DNA of 64,000 nucleotides, from NCBI GenBank assembly GCA_054600435.1, contig BAAIJX010000036.1:1-64000 (forward strand). The letters are read 5' to 3'. The notes below the pieces were generated by a model. That model ran no database searches. It saw nothing but the letters and a program-made list of their open reading frames with translations, and had not been told where the DNA came from. The stretch is from Neophaeotheca triangularis (lineage: Eukaryota). The position numbers and the translations under genes are program-made. Shown here piece by piece: positions 58,335 to 64,000 of this stretch (the stretch's first letter is position 1; the number at the start of each line of letters is the position of its first letter).

Positions 58335-59139
58335 ATGGCAACCAAGAAAGCAGAACCCAAACCCCTAGCCAACCAACCTCCCAGACCACCCCCCTCCAAA
58401 GCTCCCATGGGAAAAACACCCACCAAACCCCCTGGCAAAGCACCACAAACCCCGGCTCAAGCCAACAAAACCATCCCAAAACCGCTCAACAAGCCCCCAG
58501 GAGCCAAATCCCCCGCCGCAGCGCGATCGCAACCCGCCGCCAAACCTCCAACAACCAAAACCCCAACCACCAAGCCCGCCGCGAAAGCCGCTCCCAAAAC
58601 CCCCTCAAACTCGTCGTCGGGAGGGGGAGGAGGAGGCTACGCCCAATACCTGCCGAAAATGCCCGAAGGCCCCAAAGCCGACAATTGGATCAACCGCGGT
58701 GTGCAAAACTACGTCTCGGGCTACGGCGACTATGCGGGTGGCTGGGTGAATAGCGTCGGGAATACGGTCAATAGTATTGGCCAGGGCATTGGAGATTAGT
58801 ATCACTTCCCTTTACACCCGGTTTCGTGCCTTTTTTTCTTCTTTTTCTTTTTTTGTCCTTGGGGACTTTTTGCGGGGCTTTGGTGGATTGTTGTGCTGAC
58901 GCCGACTACGCAGTATCGCGAACACGACTCGAGGTTGGGGTCAAGGTGTGGCGGGTTATGGCAATGATTTGAAGGATCAGGTTGGGGCTACGGGTGGAAG
59001 GGTGCCCACTGCGGGGAATCCTATAGGTCTTTCGGGGGTTGGAGGAGATAAGTCTGTCGCTTCGGCCGGTGGGAAAGCGAAGCAGGGACAGCGCGCCGTG
59101 CCTAAGGGGTCTGCGAGCAACCCGTTGGGTGTGTCTTGA
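58335..59139 (+). CDS. Hypothetical protein, Pro/Lys-rich N-terminus and Gly-rich C-terminus; exons 58335-58798, 58914-59139; 229 aa
   Basis: Intron GTATCA...GCTGAC..CGCAG joins GQGIGDY|IANTTRGWGQGVAGYGNDLKD in frame; repeated (A/S)NP(I/L)G(L/V) motif. Confidence 0.7.
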
Positions 59140-59417
59140 GATGTGGGTTGGCTGGTAGGGACGTGGAGGCGTTGTTGAATTGGGGGCTTTGGACTGGGAT
59201 GTATTCTAGCTAGTACGACATATGCATGACGAATCTGGTATTCATTTTGTGAGTCTTTGAGGAATTGAGGTAGGGCGTTTGTATTTGTACATGGGGTATT
59301 GTTTTCTCTTCTGGATTAAGTATTCTGTACACATTACCATCGCGTCCTTGCTCTAATATCGCTACCCGCCCGGCACCAACACCACGCTCGAACTACTCAT
59401 CACCCAATCAATCATCC

Positions 59418-60254
59418 CTACTGCGTCTTAGCCCTAGCAGCATCCAGATGCCACTTCATAACCTTCTGAAACACAGTCTTGCCCTCTTTCTCAATAACAT
59501 CCCCATGACAAGGCACAACGGTATCAAAATCAAACCTATCAATCCTGCCCACCGACTCATTGAACCCCTGCCTATCACTCGCCGAAATAGCATACCAAAT
59601 AAACCTCCTCTGCCAAATCGCGTCGCCCTTGGTACTATTGATGGCGCACATAATCCTCGTCAACAACCCACTCGTGGGCGACTCCTGCGTACGGCTCATC
59701 TGCTCATTCGCCGGCAAATTGAACATGAAATCCGCCTCGATGAGCGTCTTGCTCGGTTTGTGGTTGAAAACCAACTCCTTATTGGCATGCGCGTCCACGA
59801 ACTCGCTCTCAAACTCGGCGTCGAACTCGTCGCTCACCCGCAAGCCGCCGTTCGTCTTGTCAGCTTTCCTGTAAATGACCCAATTCTGCTCCGGGATCGA
59901 CCGATCCCCGCCGTTCTCGCGCTTTTCTTTCAGACCCTCGGGCCCGATGACTTTGGCTTCGGGAAAGGCTTTGTGCCAGGGCTCGAGGAAGATGTGGTGT
60001 TCGGCGTCGAGGGCGGTGATGTATTTGATCTGCCCCGAGCCTAGTTTCGAGAGTTCTTGTTGAACGCTGTCTGTGAGGGCGACTGGGGAGAAGACGGCTA
60101 GTGCGCCTGTTTGGAGTTTTACGACGGTGCCGCGGCCGCCGATCTTGACGCGTCCGAAGCGCAGGAAGGGCACCGAGCAGGTTAGGATGTCTGGGTGGAT
60201 TTTGCGCAGAACCATGACCTTTTCTGGGTCCGAGGGGATGAGTTTGGAGGCCAT
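59418..60254 (-). CDS. DUF4336-like (metallo-beta-lactamase-fold-like) protein, 278 aa
   Basis: PFLRFGRVKIGGRGT, VFSPVAL, DAEHHIF, NKELVF.H..SKTLIEAD..FN, PCHGD. Confidence 0.8.
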   Translation of the reverse strand: MASKLIPSDPEKVMVLRKIHPDILTCSVPFLRFGRVKIGGRGTVVKLQTGALAVFSPVALTDSVQQELSKLGSGQIKYITALDAEHHIFLEPWHKAFPEAKVIGPEGLKEKRENGGDRSIPEQNWVIYRKADKTNGGLRVSDEFDAEFESEFVDAHANKELVFNHKPSKTLIEADFMFNLPANEQMSRTQESPTSGLLTRIMCAINSTKGDAIWQRRFIWYAISASDRQGFNESVGRIDRFDFDTVVPCHGDVIEKEGKTVFQKVMKWHLDAARAKTQ

Positions 60255-60822
60255 GGTTGAGGTTGAGGTATGGGTGGGTGTGTGGTTTGGGTTTGGGTTG
60301 GGTTGGTTTATGGTGAGTGAGGGAGGTTGCTGGGGAGAAGGGAATGTCGATTTGTTATGATTACTGTTCAGGGAGGAGGCTTTCTCGGATGTGGGCGGGA
60401 TAGGATGACAGTGGAATAGACCTAGCCTTGTGTGCTTGCATGAAAAGGGAACAGCTCAGAGGAAACGTGAGGAAGGGAGGTTACAAATCATTCATTGCTT
60501 ATACATCGAGTAGTGTCATGACATGAGCACATGCTGTAAGGTAAAGGTACCCGTAATGCTCGAGTGTGTCCCTCGGGACGGTCTGATGCGCGTCATATGA
60601 TATATGCAAAGGCCGTGTCGTGTGTTATCTTGTTTATGCACGATGAGATCGTACCCATACCTCATGTCAATACCCCATGCGGCTAGCGTGGATGGTCTAG
60701 TAGTTAACGTCCACCCGGGCACTCCCGTCTCTCTCGACTCGACTTTCTTCACATGAACCGATGAGCAGACGAGACCACACGAGACGAATGCGACCTTCTC
60801 CTCTTTGTCTGAACTGTTAACA

Positions 60823-62403
60823 ATGCAGTCTACCATCCCCCTCAAGCGATTGTTGAACCTCCCCCCCGCATTGCGGCGACAATTCTGGTCAAGGGCAGCA
60901 GCACCGACACCTACCAAAGAGACAGGTCCAGAGCTCTACGATGTTGTCTGCGTTGGAGGCGGTCCTGCTGGCCTCTCCCTTGTGTCGGCTTTGCGTAGGT
61001 GCATGTGGGCATGTAAGGACCATGTTCGCGACTGACCGAGTCCTTCAGGCGCACATCCATCCTCCAAGCACCTCAAGATTGCCTTGATCGACTCCCAATC
61101 CCTTGATAAACCCTCCGCGATTCCCAATCCCGACGCTTATTCCAACCGATGCTCCTCTTTAACACCTTCTTCACTTCGTTTTCTGGATCAAATAGGAGCT
61201 TGGAATCATGCCGATCGATCGAGGACTCAGCATTACCACGCAATGAACGTATGGGATGGCGTTAGTGGGAGCAAGATACAATTTGACCCGTCAGACAAGT
61301 CACCTACCATCATGGACCTGATCCCTGGTTCCAGCTGGCAGGGTAACAAAAACGCAGCCCAGACCACGGATTCGAATGTTATTGCCACCATGTGCGAGAA
61401 CAGCAACTTAACTGCAGCATTGCTGGCCAACATGCAAACTCAGCAAGATATTGAGATACTGGACGGAAGAAAGGTGGAATCGATCAAACTGGGTCCAGAA
61501 CCAGAGAATGAAGAAAGCCTCGATCTATCTCAATGGCCCATCGTCACACTCCCCGACTCGAGACAACTCGCAGCACGCCTCCTCATAGGCGCAGACGGTG
61601 CCAATTCCCCAGTCCGAACCTTCGCCGACATCCCCAGTCATGGCTGGGACTACGACCGCCACGGCCTCGTCGCGACCCTCGACCTCGACCAGACCTCCCC
61701 TGCCAACCTCCCCCGAACAGCCTATCAGCGATTCCTCCCCACCGGCCCCATCGCCCTCCTCCCCCTCCCCAACAACAAAGCAAGCCTAGTTTGGTCCACC
61801 ACCCCCTCCCACGCCGCGCACCTCAAAACCCTCTCCCCATCAGATTTCACCGCAATGGTCAACGCCGCCTTCCGCCTAATGCCCGTTGACCTGGCCTACA
61901 TGCACACGCTCCCCTCGTCTCAACCCGACGAGCTCAGCTGGCGCGAACCGGCAACTTCGTCCGCGCAAACCGGCCTCCCCGCCACTTTCCCCCGCGTCAC
62001 CGCCGTCCAAGAAAACACCCGCGCCTCTTTCCCCCTTCGCATGCGCCATGCGGACACTTACACGGGCCACCGCATCGCGCTCATTGGTGACGCAGCCCAC
62101 ACTGTCCACCCCCTCGCGGGCCAGGGGCTGAACCTTGGTCTCGCTGACGCGGAAGCCCTGGCCGGCTGCATCGCTAAAGGTTTAGAGAGTGGTATGGATA
62201 TCGGCACTAATTGGTGCTTGGACGGTTACCAGAGCGAGCGGTGGGCGGCGAATAATGCCATGTTAGGGACGGTGGATAAGTTGCACAAGCTGTATTCGGC
62301 GGGTAGCGGGCCCGTTGTTTGGGGCAGGAGTCTGGGCTTAGAGGTTGTGGATCGCTTGGGCCCGTTGAAGGGGTTTTTGATGGGGGCGGCTGCTGGGAGG
62401 TAG
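60823..62403 (+). CDS. COQ6: Ubiquinone biosynthesis FAD monooxygenase; exons 60823-60994, 61049-62403; ~508 aa
   Basis: Arg-rich mitochondrial presequence, YDVVCVGGGPAG, YSNRCSSL, LLIGADG.NS, AYQRFLPTGPIALLP, GDAAHTVHPLAGQGLNLG. Confidence 0.95.
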
Positions 62404-63317
62404 GTTTATGGGCAGGGAAGAAGAGGGTTTGGCTGTGTGCATTTTGAGTGTATTATTCAAAGTCGTGAGTCTGCTGGTTCGTTGGGGCAGATCATACAAT
62501 TGATTGTGTCAACCACTAGGTTGGGAAGCTAAACAGTGATGAGCTCTGATCCGTGTCCACTGTTTTACCACCAGGCAAACCTCGCATAGTATCGAAGCTT
62601 TCTCTCGCACGATCTTGCCGTACACGCTCATAAAACAATGGCGCCCAGATATTACACGGCGTACAACATCTCAAAGGGCGAAGAAGTGCCGCTCAAGCCC
62701 ACTGGCGGAAGACCAAATTATCCTAAAACAACCCAAAGCCCCTTTGCCTTGAAAAAGCGAAGCGGCCTCAAGGTCAAACGACCATTACAAGCTCGTAAGC
62801 CGTGCGGTTGAACAAACTGCGACTTCTTCGAAGAACTCATTGATTCGTAATATGGTAATGCCGAACTAGTGCTACTGCTTTTGATGACACTTCCCCAGAG
62901 CTGCTTGTGCCGAATTTCGACTGAAGAAGAATCCGGCGGGCTAAAGACATGGGAGTGGCTGAAGAACATCCATCGTGCTCGTGGATATCATGCTCATGCT
63001 CATGCTCCTCCTGGTGCCAGTGAAGGAGTCCGTCAACGCCGGTCCTCGCGCGCATCGATCGACGTCTTTTCTCCGTGAAATGCCGTGTACCTCTTTCTTG
63101 GTGTGTTTGTGTGTTGCGCCCCGAGATCAGTCCGAGTGGACTTGGAAGTCTTACTCGGGAGTCTTTGAGAAGCACGGAAGCATTCGCCCGCTCGTCTGCG
63201 TTACCCAAATGTTCTTCCCCAAACCGAGAAAAAGGATGTCAATCCCGATCGAAAAAGCCGTCCTCCCAAAGGGACCGGCTTCGCTTCGTGCGAGCGAGTA
63301 TGGAGGCTTTTCGTACA

Positions 63318-63935
63318 TCAGAAACCCATGAAAGGCATCAGGGTCCCGTCATTCTCATGCTCAGACTTGACGCGCACGCTGCCGTTCGTGGGGCCTTGGT
63401 CGGCATCGGGCTCGCTGCCAGCCTCCGCCTCCGCCTCCGCACCAGCATCGACATCGCTCAAAGCCCCAAGCCCGGCTTCGAGCTCAGCCGCGGCCTCGGC
63501 ATCAGCGCCTTCACGGTCCTGGTCCTCGTCCTCGTCCTCGCCACCCTTCTTGCCCTTTTTGCCCTTAGCACCACCCCTGGCATTGCCATTGACACCGTTC
63601 CCCTTGACCTTCCTGCCCCTCTTCTTCGGCGTCTCTCCGACTTCTCCGTCACCCTCATCCCCACCCCCGAGAACCCCAGCCTTCCTCTTCGTCCCCTTAG
63701 CTCCACCCGCGCCACCCGCGCCACCAGCACCAGCACCAGCACCAGCACCCTTCGCCTTCGCGCCCTTCGCCCCCTTGCCCTCCTCCGGCGCCGGTAGAGC
63801 TTTGACAAAAGCCTCGAACCCGCCGGCCTCGTCTTGGAGTTTCTTGATCTTGTTTTCGATGACCCAGATGCTGCGTTTGAAGGACTCGGTCTTGATATTG
63901 GCGTTCATCTGTTGGGCGGCGAGGGCGAAGTCGAC
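63318..63935 (-). CDS. Last exon of a gene running off the window: possible small Myb-like/helical domain, GA repeat, basic KKRGRK patch and acidic tail
   Basis: Minus strand: ACTAAC branch ...CAAAG| acceptor at 63936, then VDFALAAQQM...ESFKRSIW..., (GA)n and acidic stretch to TGA. Confidence 0.6.
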   Translation of the reverse strand, partial: VDFALAAQQMNANIKTESFKRSIWVIENKIKKLQDEAGGFEAFVKALPAPEEGKGAKGAKAKGAGAGAGAGGAGGAGGAKGTKRKAGVLGGGDEGDGEVGETPKKRGRKVKGNGVNGNARGGAKGKKGKKGGEDEDEDQDREGADAEAAAELEAGLGALSDVDAGAEAEAEAGSEPDADQGPTNGSVRVKSEHENDGTLMPFMGF

Positions 63936-64000
63936 CTTTGTTGAAGGAAGCATTGTGTTAGTGGTGGCGGGCAAAGGGTTGGGACAGGCGGCTGGGTTGG

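Noticed and set aside
1..64000. Transposons, CRISPR arrays, rRNA, and TGA-CTA stop-readthrough PTS1 extensions
   Set aside because: No transposase/RT motifs, long terminal or inverted repeats, AT-rich RIP blocks or spaced direct repeats seen; the stop contexts I checked lack the TGA CTA motif.

Overview
Gene-dense eukaryotic DNA from a filamentous ascomycete (Pezizomycotina; Dothideomycete-like is only a guess), with short GT-AG introns carrying CTRAC-type branch sites. I reconstructed about 27 protein-coding genes by hand, and every spliced model sums to a multiple of 3. They are mostly housekeeping: LSD1-like demethylase, ALG12, GLOD5-like VOC protein, ENV7 kinase, dipeptidyl-peptidase V, PWWP protein, D-2-hydroxyacid dehydrogenase, CitE-like lyase, TVP23, UBA3, calnexin, FUN30, VMA21, OGG1, U2AF65, SEC9, LanC-like protein, BRR2, UTP23, COQ6 and several hypotheticals. 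There is also one frameshifted alpha/beta-hydrolase pseudogene. I found no intact transposon, tRNA, rRNA, CRISPR array or biosynthetic cluster. The most striking unexplained signal is a ~275-nt intergenic element (20480-20754) that folds into a closed multi-hairpin structure, has G-U pairs favouring the + strand and carries a Pol III B-box; it is a candidate unannotated ncRNA. Other leads: a FYVE-less ANCHR/ZFYVE19-like protein with three MIM1-like (Vps4-binding) motifs; a PTS2-like signal on an upstream-AUG extension of the dehydrogenase; tandem branch/acceptor modules in U2AF65 intron 1; a 10-nt tail-to-tail CDS overlap (ALG12/GLOD5-like); and a gene in which three of four introns are 3n and stop-free. 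All identifications come from motif recognition by eye, with no database searches or folding programs.
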